Part shown: positions 30,533 to 41,089 of the stretch, one piece after another
How the letters are laid out: every line of letters starts with the position of its first letter
Position numbering within the stretch: position 1 is the first letter of the stretch
Source: Sedimentisphaerales bacterium
GTDB taxonomy: Bacteria > Planctomycetota > Phycisphaerae > Sedimentisphaerales > SM23-30
NCBI GenBank assembly: GCA_963666285.1
Contig: OY762711.1
Strand: one strand, 5' to 3'
DNA length: 64,000 nt
Made by a program: the position numbers and the translations under genes
The notes under the pieces: generated by a model
What the model was told of the DNA's origin: nothing
Database searches by the model: none
What the model saw: only the letters and a program-made list of their open reading frames with translations

Positions 30533-31573
30533 CTAATCCAAAAATATTACATCGTCCGGTTCAACTGACAAACTTACACTATCGCCGGTATTAAATGGAC
30601 ACTTGCTTGGTGTTTTTGCCTTCATGGTCGTTCCGCAGACATCAATCTCAAGAACAGCATTTTCACCCTGGTATATCCTGTTCAACACGGTGCCCGTCTG
30701 CCTGCCTTTCGTCGGCCCTTGTACATCCAGGTCTTCCGGCCGTATACCGAATTTTACCGAACCTTCACAGTCGAACGGCATCTCAACATCGCCGATAACG
30801 GCATGAACCATCCGGTTATTGCCTTTGTCAACTTTACCTTTTATGAAATTACATTCTCCGATAAACTCCGCCACAAACGAGTTGGCAGGGCGGCGATATA
30901 TCTTCTCCGGTGTACCGACTTGTGCTACCTTACCGGCATTCATCACCGCTATTTTATCTGCCATAGACAGTGCTTCCTGCTGGTCATGTGTTACATAAAC
31001 TCCGGTAATATGATTGTCTTTCACTATTCGATGGATTTCTTCACGCATGGTTAGCCTGAGCTTGGCGTCCAGGTTACTTAATGGTTCATCCAGCAGCAGC
31101 ACTTCCGGGCGAGATGCCAGTGCTCTTGCCAGTGCCACACGCTGCTGCTGACCGCCCGACAGCTGGGTCGGCTTTCGACTTGCCAGGTGTGCCATTTGGA
31201 CCATCTCCAGCTTCTCCATCGCTTCCGCTTTTCTCTCCGATGCCGAAACACCTTTCATCTGCAAACCAAATTCGACATTCTTCAATACTGTCATATGCGG
31301 CCACAATGCATAATTCTGGAATACCATCGGACAGTTCCGTTTTTGCGGCGGTTCTTCGGTCACATCTTTACCGTCAAATAGGATCTTACCGGAAGTTGCA
31401 TCGATAAGCCCGCTGATAATCCTCAGCAGGGTTGTCTTGCCGCAGCCGCTTGGCCCCAGTAAAAAATAGAATTCACCCTGGTTTATTTCCAGGTTGATAT
31501 CCTTCAATACATGGATAGTGTTGCCAGGCTGCTGGTACGATTTGTTTATTCTTTCTATTCTTATTCCAGTCAT
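30533..31573 (-). CDS. ABC transporter ATP-binding protein (FbpC/PotA-type, TOBE domain)
   Basis: Walker A GPSGCGKTT, LSGGQQQR, LLLDEP. Confidence 0.92.
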   Translation of the reverse strand: MTGIRIERINKSYQQPGNTIHVLKDINLEINQGEFYFLLGPSGCGKTTLLRIISGLIDATSGKILFDGKDVTEEPPQKRNCPMVFQNYALWPHMTVLKNVEFGLQMKGVSASERKAEAMEKLEMVQMAHLASRKPTQLSGGQQQRVALARALASRPEVLLLDEPLSNLDAKLRLTMREEIHRIVKDNHITGVYVTHDQQEALSMADKIAVMNAGKVAQVGTPEKIYRRPANSFVAEFIGECNFIKGKVDKGNNRMVHAVIGDVEMPFDCEGSVKFGIRPEDLDVQGPTKGRQTGTVLNRIYQGENAVLEIDVCGTTMKAKTPSKCPFNTGDSVSLSVEPDDVIFLD

Positions 31574-31690
31574 ATTTTCTGTTCACAATACTATTATTTG
31601 ATTTGTTATTTTTAGTTTTTGCAAAGCTTTTAGAATCAGGTCGCAGGCTGATATCCGTCTAAGACAGAGCGACATCTTCTTTTCGCTTTT

Positions 31691-33397
31691 TTATGCTCTA
31701 AATATAGCACCCAGTTTCTTACCCAGCAGGCAGCTTGCAATCCCTATCGCACCGCCCATTATCAGCATACCCACAACGCCCAGTGCCGCTGCCAAGGAAG
31801 CCGCATCTGCATCAGAGTCTAGTGTCACAGCATACATCTGTTTCGTTATTGGATAGTGTGCTTCCTGTTGTGCCAGGATAAGTGAATCACTTACCTCCAG
31901 CATTGCAAATGAGAATGCCAGTACCGAAGCTGCAATAATATTTGCTGTTACCAACGGCAGGGTAACCTTGGTAAATGCGGCAAACTTGCTCGCGCCCAGG
32001 TTTACCGCTGACTGTTCCAGGGTCTCAGGTATCTGCTCCAGTCCGGACGATACACCTCGCACTACAAATGGCAGCCGCCTTACCGCATATGCGATTACAA
32101 TTATGATGAACGGGTTGAAGCCCGGCCCGAATTTCTCCAGTGGTGTACCAAATGCCGTCAGCATTACATAACCTGCTGCCATGATTAAGCCCGGGATTGC
32201 CAGCGGCAGCATCAGTACGCCGTCAAGGATCTTAGCACCAATATGCTTCTTGCGTATTATCAGCCATGCCGCGGTTATACCGATTACAAGGTCAAGTATG
32301 GTCGAACATGATGCATATTTTACACTGTTCAAAATACTGGTCCTGGTCTGCTCATCGGTAAATGCCTGCAGAAAGAATTTCGCGGTAAAATGCTGCGGTA
32401 GAATGGTATTTACCCAGTCTTTTGAAAATGCTATCAAAATAACTCCGATATGCGGTAAAATAGCCATAATCAGGACCGAAAGAAATAGTAAATGTACGCC
32501 CATCGCACCTTTTAGCGAAAGCTTATCTATTATCGCCGCTCGCGACGCCTTGCCGCTTTCCGAAGCTACCGTCTTTTTCACCATGAACTTGCTTGTTATA
32601 TATAACAGCAGCGAAACTACCAGCAGGATAATTACAAAGCCGTATGCGCTGCCGTCTATATTCGCCATTTTCAGCTCGGTGAATATCTTTATCGGGGCCA
32701 GGTCGTTATAATTGAATATCAGCGGGGTTCCGATATCGGTAAATGACCAGATAAATACCAGTGACGAACCGGCAAAGATTCCAGGGCTCAGCAGTGGAAT
32801 TACAACTTTCAACAGTGTCCGCCATCTGCCTGCTCCCAGGTTGTTTGATGCCTCTACCATTGCCGGGTCCATGTTTGCCAGGGCAGAACTGAGGTTCAGA
32901 TACATAATCGGAAACAAATGCAGCACCTGCAGCAATACCACCGCACTAAAACCGGCGCCCAGCCAGTCATAGGCCTGACCATATTCAATAATACCTGTTT
33001 CGATCAGGAAGCGGTTCAGGATACCATATTGGGCCAAAAACCTTTTTACACTCATCGCTCCGACAAACGGTGGCAATATTAGCGGGGCCAGCATAAGGGC
33101 ATTATATAATGTCTTAAACCTGAAATTATATTTGCTCGACGCTATTGCCATTGGCAGCGAAATGATAATCGATATCACTGTCGTCGATATCGCCAGGACA
33201 AAACTGTTGATCAGTGATTTCAGCAGTACCGGCTCTTTTATGATCGTGCTCAGCCAGTAAAAGCTGAACTTGCCCTGGTAATAGAAGCCTTGCTTGGCTG
33301 CCATTAAAACAGGGACGACAAAGAATGCCGTCATCATTATCAGTATAAACAGAAACGCTAATTGCGTTGACCAGGATATTCGTTTTTTCTTTAGCAT
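31691..33397 (-). CDS. ABC transporter permease (FbpB/ThiP-type, duplicated domain)
   Basis: Two EAA loops (EASNNLGA, EQSAVNLGAS); about 12 TM helices. Confidence 0.88.
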   Translation of the reverse strand: MLKKKRISWSTQLAFLFILIMMTAFFVVPVLMAAKQGFYYQGKFSFYWLSTIIKEPVLLKSLINSFVLAISTTVISIIISLPMAIASSKYNFRFKTLYNALMLAPLILPPFVGAMSVKRFLAQYGILNRFLIETGIIEYGQAYDWLGAGFSAVVLLQVLHLFPIMYLNLSSALANMDPAMVEASNNLGAGRWRTLLKVVIPLLSPGIFAGSSLVFIWSFTDIGTPLIFNYNDLAPIKIFTELKMANIDGSAYGFVIILLVVSLLLYITSKFMVKKTVASESGKASRAAIIDKLSLKGAMGVHLLFLSVLIMAILPHIGVILIAFSKDWVNTILPQHFTAKFFLQAFTDEQTRTSILNSVKYASCSTILDLVIGITAAWLIIRKKHIGAKILDGVLMLPLAIPGLIMAAGYVMLTAFGTPLEKFGPGFNPFIIIVIAYAVRRLPFVVRGVSSGLEQIPETLEQSAVNLGASKFAAFTKVTLPLVTANIIAASVLAFSFAMLEVSDSLILAQQEAHYPITKQMYAVTLDSDADAASLAAALGVVGMLIMGGAIGIASCLLGKKLGAIFRA

Positions 33398-33466
33398 AAA
33401 ATATATAATTATAATCGAGCGTTTGCGACATCTCTTTACTTAACTAAAACTAACCGAAAGACAGTT

Positions 33467-34795
33467 TTAGTTATCTATTATCTCGGTAAACAACTTCCTG
33501 AAATGTTTGCTCCATTCGCTTACGATTGCATAACGTTCGTCGTTGTTCTTGATTTTTGTATGCAGCTGGTGAATCTTTTCAACTGTGTCGATATTCTCCG
33601 GCAGAATTGCAAACTTCTTTATCAGCTCTGGGTTCTCATGAACCTTTTTACGGGCTTTTTGTAATAGGTCTGTATTGTCTATTGCCGCCGCTTTAACCAG
33701 GTAAACCAGTACATCATAACGTACTTCACGAAGTTCTCCGTCCAGTTGCAGTGGAGCTGCTATCTTATATGGACTCTTGATATATTCAGGTAGTTCGTCT
33801 TTGTAAATGTCATAAACATCTTTCCTGATCGGCATACGGTTTAACGCCGCACCTTCAGGGCCGTCTTTTGCTCCCGATGGCAGGATCCACAAGGCCTGGC
33901 CTTTAGGACTCAGGATAAATTCTATAAATGCCTTGGCTGTTTCCTTATGTGGCGGATTCTTTAGCATTGATATCGGGTCAGGGGTGTAGCCTGTTCCGCC
34001 TTCAGGGCTGACATACCCTAAAGCTTCAGGGTTTTTGGCTACCCGGTCCAGGCCGTAATAGTCGATACAAGTTGCTGCCGCAGCTTCACCCAGTCTAGGG
34101 GCATCTGCTGCTTCGCCGCTGCCCTGGGTGAACTTCTTGGCATTACCCAGAATTGAAATTACCAGCTGCCAGCCGTCCTGCCAGTTGTCACATGACTGGA
34201 CGATCATCTCGAGGGTAGCCGCCATAGAGCCGGAATGTGAAGGGTCCGCCAAAACTACCTGCCCGTAAAATTCCGAGCCGGCAATATCTGACCATTGTTT
34301 CGGGGTCGGCAGGTTCAGATTAGTTAAAATTTCTTTATTATAGATCATGCCAAAGCTGCTCAATACATTGCCGTACCAGCATTTGCCTTTGCCGTACATC
34401 CTCATTCCGCCAAACTCTTCCGGGATGTTCTCATATATTGCTGCTGATAGTTCCAATGGTTCCAGTAGGCCTTCCTTTTCCAGCAGGATATGAGGGTTCT
34501 CGCCCGTTCCCCATAGCAGGTCGATACCACAGGTCTCTGAGCTGGAATATACGTTTCGGATATAATTTAGAATGGTACTGCTGCCGCCGTCAATAGAGCG
34601 GGGCACAAACCGAACCTCTCGACCGGTCTGCTCTTTGTAATATTTTTTGAATGCATTTTCAAATTCCGATTTGATTGACTTCTTATGAGGGCTGATATAT
34701 ACCAGTTCATCGGCATCTGATGCTGATTTCTCCGAACATCCTGTCAGCAGGACTGACGCAATTGCTGCTAGTATAAAGGCGCACATATTCTTCAT
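33467..34795 (-). CDS. ABC transporter substrate-binding lipoprotein (Fe3+/thiamine/AfuA-like family)
   Basis: Lipobox LLTGC; ADPSHSGS; AKAFIEFILSPKGQ; likely start ATG 34795. Confidence 0.85.
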   Translation of the reverse strand: MKNMCAFILAAIASVLLTGCSEKSASDADELVYISPHKKSIKSEFENAFKKYYKEQTGREVRFVPRSIDGGSSTILNYIRNVYSSSETCGIDLLWGTGENPHILLEKEGLLEPLELSAAIYENIPEEFGGMRMYGKGKCWYGNVLSSFGMIYNKEILTNLNLPTPKQWSDIAGSEFYGQVVLADPSHSGSMAATLEMIVQSCDNWQDGWQLVISILGNAKKFTQGSGEAADAPRLGEAAAATCIDYYGLDRVAKNPEALGYVSPEGGTGYTPDPISMLKNPPHKETAKAFIEFILSPKGQALWILPSGAKDGPEGAALNRMPIRKDVYDIYKDELPEYIKSPYKIAAPLQLDGELREVRYDVLVYLVKAAAIDNTDLLQKARKKVHENPELIKKFAILPENIDTVEKIHQLHTKIKNNDERYAIVSEWSKHFRKLFTEIIDN

Positions 34796-35190
34796 TTTGT
34801 CATAAACTCCAATCACTCATAAAGTTAGGTCCGGAACCACTGCTCCGGAGTTAGCAAATTAATGCTAATTAGTTTACCCTAAACCTGTTCAGATTTCATT
34901 AACAAAATTACTTCGTCAGTTATCGCGTTCAAATTCTCGTACTATCCATAACTTTCTCGTTTGATTTGTCTTGTTTTTTAGAAGTTGTGTGCAAAAGTAT
35001 GCCTGTCTGCGGCAATCTTTTCAAACTTAACATAGATTAGTTTGGTTTAAGCTAAATCTTTTAATTGCAATTGGATATGAGTTTTATTAACCTTATGTAA
35101 AATTTTCTTTTTGTTTTAACTGCATTATGTACAATGTTAAAACAAAATTAGGTTACATATTGCTATAAAGGTATTGTTGTTTTACTGTCA

Positions 35191-35391
35191 GTTTACTTTA
35201 GCAGTTTTTAAGTTGCAATAACGAAGTGCCTCTGGTAAATCGTCTAAAAGGGCCTTCCTGCAACGCTTTGAATTAAATATACTTTCGAGAATTAGCTCGG
35301 AAATACATTTAAATATAAAGTTTTTCATTCAAAAGGCCCTGTTCTGGCCTTTGCGTGTAATGTTGAACAGTCAAAAGTACGATACCGCACT
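35191..35391 (+). ncRNA. Candidate structured 5' leader / cis-regulatory element, copy 1
   Basis: Blocks 35191-35269 and 35335-35391 recur at 39603-39681 and 39784-39840; several stems visible; ends 20 nt before the GH38 ATG. Confidence 0.5.
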
Positions 35392-35411
35392 GTAAAAAAG
35401 GTGAATATATA

Positions 35412-38400
35412 ATGTTATCACATGAAAATACATTTACGCTTAACAAAATAATCGCTCGTATCAAGCTTATCGAACCGCTTGTCTTTAGAAATCGTCTGCC
35501 GCTTGGCAGTATCAGCTATATCGAACATGAAAGAGCTGCCGTTTCGCCGCTTATCCACGAACCCATCGACGAAAGCTGGCAGACTCTTACCCCGCCGTGT
35601 AACTGGGGCGGCTGGAACAGAAATTATACTATGCGTGCCGCTTTTTCAGTTCCTGCCGAATGGGATCAATCTCAACCGGTCGCACTGAACTTCAATCTCG
35701 GCTCTATCGATATCTGGGATTTTACCCATCCGGAAAATCTCCTCTATATCGACGGAAGAGAAATATCTGCTGTTGATATAAACCATACGGTTGTCTATAT
35801 CCCCGCTGAATTCTGTGATGGCAAAAAACATGAAATCGCTATGCACGGATATACCGGCCGCTGGGATATTCACGATAAAGACCCAGGCGGTACTCTGTTC
35901 ATGAACCATAACTACCTCGTACAGATTGACGAGCCGACCAGGGACCTGCTGGCCTTAATGCGGGTTGCTTCTGAAACCGCGAAACGTTTGGATAACAAAG
36001 ATTTCGCTCGTATTCGTATCCTGGATGCGTTAAATACAACCCTGCTGAAACTGCATTCTTCATATTCACCTTGCGATGCCTTCTATGCAACTGTACCAGA
36101 AGCTATGAACATCTTACAGGCCGAACTCCAAAAAGCAGGCCCTGCAATGGATGTCGAACTTAGTGCTATCGGTCATTCTCATATAGATGTTGCCTGGCTA
36201 TGGCGGCTCGAACAGACCCGCCGTAAATGCGGCCGGTCTTTCAATACCGTACTTGCTCTTATAAAGGAACATCCGGAATATATCTTTACCCAGTCTCAGC
36301 CGCAGCTTTATGAATATGTCCGCCAGGATTACCCCGAATTGTTCGAGGGTATCCGGCAGGCCGTCAAAGACGGCAACTGGGAGATCATCGGCGGTATGTG
36401 GGTTGAGGCCGATTGCAACCTTACCGGCAGCGAAGCACTTGCCCGCCAGTTCCTCTACGGCCGCAGGTTCTTCCAGCAGTATTTCGGCAAAGATGTTGAA
36501 TCACCTGTCCTCTGGCTGCCGGATGTGTTCGGCTATAGTGCCAACCTGCCGCAGCTTATCAAACAGGCCGGGCTGGATTATTTCTTTACTATCAAACTGT
36601 CATGGAGCCAGTTCAACCGCATGCCTTACGATAGCTTCTGGTGGCAGGGCATCGACGGCACACAGATTCTTACCCATATGGGCTCAACCCGTACTGATAT
36701 GACCGCACGCGGCGTTACCTATACCGGCATGGCTACCCCCGAAGAGATTATGAACACATGGGAAAGCTGCAATCAGCAGGAACATCATCAGAATATCATG
36801 ACCTGTTTCGGTCATGGCGATGGCGGCGGCGGACCAACCCGTGAAATGCTCGAAAATATCAGTATTATGAATGATTTTCCCGGCCTGCCCAAAGTCAAAC
36901 ATGACAAGGCAATTGACTTCTTCCGCAAGCTAGAGAAAAACAGCGGCGATCGTCTGCCCAAATGGGTCGGAGAGCTCTATCTCGAATATCACCGCGGAAC
37001 ATACACCTCTCAGGCCAAAAATAAACTCGCCAATCGCAGAAGTGAGTTCGGCCTGCACGATGCTGAGTTCCTCGCATCATACGCCGGCATCGTCGACAGC
37101 AGTTATACCTATCCGAAAGCCGAGCTCGAAAAAGCATGGAAGCTTGTCTGTCTGAACCAGTTCCACGATATTATCCCCGGCTCCAGTATCGCCGAGGTCT
37201 ATGTTGATTCTCTCACCCAGTATGAAGAGATCATGGATATTATCAGGTCTGCTATAAATGATTCGCTCACTTGCATCGCAGCAAAAACCGGCGGCGATAT
37301 CATAGCAGCCAACCCAACATCGTTCACTCGCAGCGATTACCTGCTTATCGAAGATAAACTTCAGCCTTCCCAGTCTGTTCAGGCTCCGGATGGTACTGTG
37401 CTTGCCGTCCAGCCAACAGCCGATGGCACACTTATCGATTGCGGCACACTCACACCTTACAGTATCACCCCGCTGACGATTGTTTCCGAACTAACCTCGT
37501 CACCATTTGCCATGACTGTTTCTCAGTCTCTGCTCGAAAATGAATTTATCCGTATCGAGCTTGATAGCTCCGGCGATATAACCCGTATCTTCGACAAGGC
37601 AAATGACAGGGAACTTATCCCGGCCGGTGAAATAGCAAATCAGTTTATCGCTTTCGAAGATCGACCGCTCAGGTGGGATGCCTGGGATGTCGATATATAC
37701 TTCCAGGAAAAAACAAACTTCGCAGCCCCCGCATCAGCTGTCAAAGTCGTAGAAGATGGCCCGCTGCGAGCGTCTGTTGAGATCACCCGAAAAATACTCT
37801 CCAGTACATATACCCAGAAGATATCTATCTCAGCTAACTCACCTAAAATCGATTTTACTACTACAATCGATTGGCAGGAACGCAGTATGCTGCTAAAGGC
37901 TTCCTTCCCGCTCGAGCTGCTCTCAGATCAGGCAACCTACGAGATCCAGTGGGGCAATGTTAAACGGCCTACCCATACCAATACCAGCTGGGATTGGGCC
38001 AAGTTCGAAAGTTGTGCCCAGAAATGGGTCGATCTCAGCGAACCGGACTATGGTGTCAGTTTGCTGAACGACTGCAAGTACGGACATGATATCCATGACA
38101 GCGTTATGCGGATAACCCTGCTAAAATCCGGCATATACCCCGATCCAAACGCTGATAAAGGTACCCACACCTTCGCTTACTCCCTGCTCCCTCATACCGG
38201 TCCTGTCGGCAATGAAACCATCAATGCAGCCCACGCTCTCAACGATCCGTTAATCGGATATTCGAACCAAAAGTCTGCCGCTGAAATTAAACCGCTAAAC
38301 TCGTTTGTTACTTGTGACAGCAACAATGTCGTTATCGAAACAATCAAACTTGCCGAAGATTCCGACTCTGTTATCATCAGGCTCTATGAATCGCTCGGCC

Positions 38401-38558
38401 GGCGTTCCACTGTCAGATTAAATACTTCGTTCACTTTCAAATCCTGTTATCTGTCAGACCTGCTCGAAAACCAGCTGGAACAAATCAATGTTATAGATAA
38501 TACTGTCGAACTCAAACTTACACCGTTCAAAATAGTAACTCTCAAGATCGAGCTATGA
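35412..38558 (+). CDS. GH38 alpha-mannosidase (class 2C, cytoplasmic)
   Basis: GHSHIDVAWLW, WLPDVFGY, GHGDGGGGP, ELYLEYHRGTYTSQ, NQFHDIIPGS, LNDCKYG. Confidence 0.93.
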   Translation: MLSHENTFTLNKIIARIKLIEPLVFRNRLPLGSISYIEHERAAVSPLIHEPIDESWQTLTPPCNWGGWNRNYTMRAAFSVPAEWDQSQPVALNFNLGSIDIWDFTHPENLLYIDGREISAVDINHTVVYIPAEFCDGKKHEIAMHGYTGRWDIHDKDPGGTLFMNHNYLVQIDEPTRDLLALMRVASETAKRLDNKDFARIRILDALNTTLLKLHSSYSPCDAFYATVPEAMNILQAELQKAGPAMDVELSAIGHSHIDVAWLWRLEQTRRKCGRSFNTVLALIKEHPEYIFTQSQPQLYEYVRQDYPELFEGIRQAVKDGNWEIIGGMWVEADCNLTGSEALARQFLYGRRFFQQYFGKDVESPVLWLPDVFGYSANLPQLIKQAGLDYFFTIKLSWSQFNRMPYDSFWWQGIDGTQILTHMGSTRTDMTARGVTYTGMATPEEIMNTWESCNQQEHHQNIMTCFGHGDGGGGPTREMLENISIMNDFPGLPKVKHDKAIDFFRKLEKNSGDRLPKWVGELYLEYHRGTYTSQAKNKLANRRSEFGLHDAEFLASYAGIVDSSYTYPKAELEKAWKLVCLNQFHDIIPGSSIAEVYVDSLTQYEEIMDIIRSAINDSLTCIAAKTGGDIIAANPTSFTRSDYLLIEDKLQPSQSVQAPDGTVLAVQPTADGTLIDCGTLTPYSITPLTIVSELTSSPFAMTVSQSLLENEFIRIELDSSGDITRIFDKANDRELIPAGEIANQFIAFEDRPLRWDAWDVDIYFQEKTNFAAPASAVKVVEDGPLRASVEITRKILSSTYTQKISISANSPKIDFTTTIDWQERSMLLKASFPLELLSDQATYEIQWGNVKRPTHTNTSWDWAKFESCAQKWVDLSEPDYGVSLLNDCKYGHDIHDSVMRITLLKSGIYPDPNADKGTHTFAYSLLPHTGPVGNETINAAHALNDPLIGYSNQKSAAEIKPLNSFVTCDSNNVVIETIKLAEDSDSVIIRLYESLGRRSTVRLNTSFTFKSCYLSDLLENQLEQINVIDNTVELKLTPFKIVTLKIEL

Positions 38559-38835
38559 CAGATTTTTTTTCATCTAAGGTGTTTACATTGATATGACTCT
38601 CATATGCAGAAAACCAAGCTTAAACTCACGTTAGAGATAATCTATTAATAATCTTTCGATTAAATTGGATTTGTTTTTGGTTAGCTGATCATATCTGTTA
38701 TACTGCCATTGACCTGATATCTTTTGCAGTTTAACAGTTGCAGGTAACAAAATCTCTCTGCTAAATACCAAAAGTATGCTTCGTATATAATGTCAGTCTG
38801 AGCCGTACGAATTAAATTTGTTTTTGGAGTTGGAT

Positions 38836-39414
38836 ATGGACCTTAGAATCTATCTGCTTGCTATTGTCCCGATGTTTGTTGCTGCCGATCCGATTGGTAT
38901 GCTGCCGATTTTCCTTGGGCTTACCGAAAGATTCAAAGAAAAACAGCGACGTAAAATTGCAGTACTCTCTGTTGCCGCTGCTTTTGTTGTTTCTGTTTGT
39001 TTTGTCTTTATCGGCAAAACCATGTTCAATTTCCTTGGCATCACTATGTATGATTTCATGATCGCTGGCGGTTCGCTGCTTTTCATTATTGCCACTATGG
39101 ATATAGTCAGCGGTGCAAAATCCGCTCACGGCACCAGGGTATCCGGTATCGTTCCTATTGGCGTTCCGCTCATAGCCGGGCCCGCTGTATTGACTACCGC
39201 TCTTATGCTCATCGACCTCTATGGCATAGCAGCAACCCTTGTCTCGATCATCATAAATTTTGCTATGGTCCTGGCCGTGCTGCTCACCAGCGGTTTCTGG
39301 ATCAGGCTGCTTGGTAAATATGTTGCCGAAGCTATGTCTAAAATTATGAACCTGCTGCTTGCCGCTATTGCCGTTATGCTTGTCAGAAAAGGGCTCGAAG
39401 GGCTGCTGGGATAG
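38836..39414 (+). CDS. MarC family integral membrane protein
   Basis: DPIG...FMIAGGSLLF...VPIGVPLIAGP...KIMNLLLAAIAV; GGAG RBS before ATG 38836. Confidence 0.88.
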   Translation: MDLRIYLLAIVPMFVAADPIGMLPIFLGLTERFKEKQRRKIAVLSVAAAFVVSVCFVFIGKTMFNFLGITMYDFMIAGGSLLFIIATMDIVSGAKSAHGTRVSGIVPIGVPLIAGPAVLTTALMLIDLYGIAATLVSIIINFAMVLAVLLTSGFWIRLLGKYVAEAMSKIMNLLLAAIAVMLVRKGLEGLLG

Positions 39415-39423
39415 TATATGGAT

Positions 39424-39585
39424 ATGAAAATTAGAAACGCTGTAACTCAAGATGCCCGGGCTATTGCCGACATTTTCAACTATTATCTGGCCAATACCCA
39501 AATAATGTTCCAGGATCATCTGGTATTTACCAAATTCCTTTCTCTTTTTAGGCTCAATTATTACTTAAAGCCGCAATATGATTAA
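39424..39585 (+). pseudogene. Truncated GNAT (phosphinothricin/YncA-type) N-acetyltransferase fragment
   Basis: MKIRNAVTQDARAIADIFNYYLANTTIMF resembles the YncA/Pat N-terminus; the ORF then drifts and stops at 53 aa. Confidence 0.65.
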
Positions 39586-39602
39586 GTCGATTTATACTAT
39601 AC

Positions 39603-39840
39603 GTTTACTTTTGTAGTTTTTAAGTTGCAATAACGAAGTGCCTCTGGTAAATCGCCTAAAAGGGCCTTCCTGCAACGCTTTAATATTAAATAAAACGTGA
39701 GACGATAGCGAATTATTCCTGATGTCAACGTACATCAGGACACCTTAATTTTTCATTTTTCACTATTCGTTTTTCACTTAATTGGCACTGTTCCGGCCTT
39801 TGCGCGTAATGTTGAACAGTCAAAAGTGCGATACCGCACT
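39603..39840 (+). ncRNA. Candidate structured 5' leader / cis-regulatory element, copy 2
   Basis: 76/79 and 53/57 identity to the copy 1 blocks; different 102-nt hairpin spacer. Confidence 0.5.
39717..39740. repeat. REP-like palindrome TCCTGATGT-CAACGT-ACATCAGGA, copy 1
   Basis: Identical at 44200-44223 and 45873-45896. Confidence 0.85.
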
Positions 39841-39889
39841 ATCTGACTGCGTATATTTTTAATAAGTGCTTGCCAGAAAGGAATTTAGA

Positions 39890-41089
39890 ATGAAAAATAT
39901 AGTTTCAGCTGCCTTCTCGCTTTTACTTCTTCCCGTTATAGTAAATGCTCAGATTTATTACTGGAATACTTCTCAGGTAATACCCGGCACTGAAAACATT
40001 ACTCCCGGTCCGGGAACGAATCTTTCCGGGTGGAATGGTTATGGTAACAGCAGTCTTGATTATGCCGACCTTTCCGGCGGATTGGATTTAACCGGAAGTG
40101 ATTTCTCTTCCAGCAGTATGAACTTTTCCCGGATGTCGAACGCGAACTTAACTGACAGCCGGTTTGTTATGACTAATATGGCTAACGCCGATTTAAGCAA
40201 TACGAATCTCAGCGAAAGTAATTTCTTCGATGCCTATATGGTTGATTCAGATCTTAGCTATGCCAATTTGTTTTATACAGATTTTATGGATGCCGATTTG
40301 ACAAATGCTGACCTGTCTTATACCGGCCAGAACGGCACCCGGTTCTCCCAGGCAGATCTTTCTAACGCGATTTTTGATAATGCCGTTATAAATGGCGCCA
40401 AATTTGAAAATGCAGTAAATTTTACCAGTCAGCAGCTGTATTCTACCGCCAGCTATATTAGCAGCAACCTGTCAGAAACTATTTTTAATAATTATAATAT
40501 CTCCGGTTGGGATATGTCCGAGCAGAATCTGACTTATGCCGGATTCTTCTTTTCCAATACCACCGATACCGACTTTAGCAGGGCCGACATGCGAAAAGCT
40601 GATTTCGATCAGTATATGTATTCCGCTATTATCGATGACACTATCCTTCCCGACGGTCATATCAACGGACTGGAACTTGGTTCCGGCCAGTCTTTGCCGG
40701 TTCGCGATTTCGACGGCAATCTTGCCATTACTGTCGATAATAAAATGATTCTTTTTTCCGGAAGTGATATAGAGTTTATTTTTGAAGATGATACCTGGGG
40801 TTCCAAGATCACCCTTTCTGAGAATCTGCCGGTTATCCTTGATGGATCAATTACGCTTGCTTTTGCCCCCGGAACTGATATCAAGTCTTTGGTCGGAACG
40901 ACATTCGACATTTTCGATTGGAACGGCCAGCTCAGTATAAATGATGCCTTTAACGAGATAATCTCTGACTACATCTGGAATACTGACAATCTTTATTCCA
41001 CAGGTGAAGTTACACTTGTCGCTGTTCCCGAACCGGCAGCTGTTCTGTTCTTACTGGCCGGTTTGGGTTTGGTTAAAAAAAGACTGTAA
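39890..41089 (+). CDS. Pentapeptide-repeat PEP-CTERM protein
   Basis: AAGGA RBS before ATG 39890; signal peptide; ADLS/ANLT pentapeptide repeats; VPEPAAVLFLLAGLGLVKKRL. Confidence 0.88.
   Translation: MKNIVSAAFSLLLLPVIVNAQIYYWNTSQVIPGTENITPGPGTNLSGWNGYGNSSLDYADLSGGLDLTGSDFSSSSMNFSRMSNANLTDSRFVMTNMANADLSNTNLSESNFFDAYMVDSDLSYANLFYTDFMDADLTNADLSYTGQNGTRFSQADLSNAIFDNAVINGAKFENAVNFTSQQLYSTASYISSNLSETIFNNYNISGWDMSEQNLTYAGFFFSNTTDTDFSRADMRKADFDQYMYSAIIDDTILPDGHINGLELGSGQSLPVRDFDGNLAITVDNKMILFSGSDIEFIFEDDTWGSKITLSENLPVILDGSITLAFAPGTDIKSLVGTTFDIFDWNGQLSINDAFNEIISDYIWNTDNLYSTGEVTLVAVPEPAAVLFLLAGLGLVKKRL

Noticed and set aside
35211..35269. Leader block A as a c-di-GMP-I/II, SAH or cobalamin riboswitch
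   Set aside because: Only superficial words match (GGUAAA, UGCAAC, GGAAGG); the diagnostic cores are missing. An Rfam scan is still needed.
35375..35391. GATACCGCAC as a T-box
   Set aside because: Lacks the UGGN bulge; downstream genes are not amino-acid related
38812..39519. 235 aa minus-strand ORF
   Set aside because: Antisense to the clear marC gene; no recognisable motifs
39783..39805. TGGCAC as a sigma54 promoter
   Set aside because: No TTGC at the required spacing, and copy 1 lacks TGGCAC
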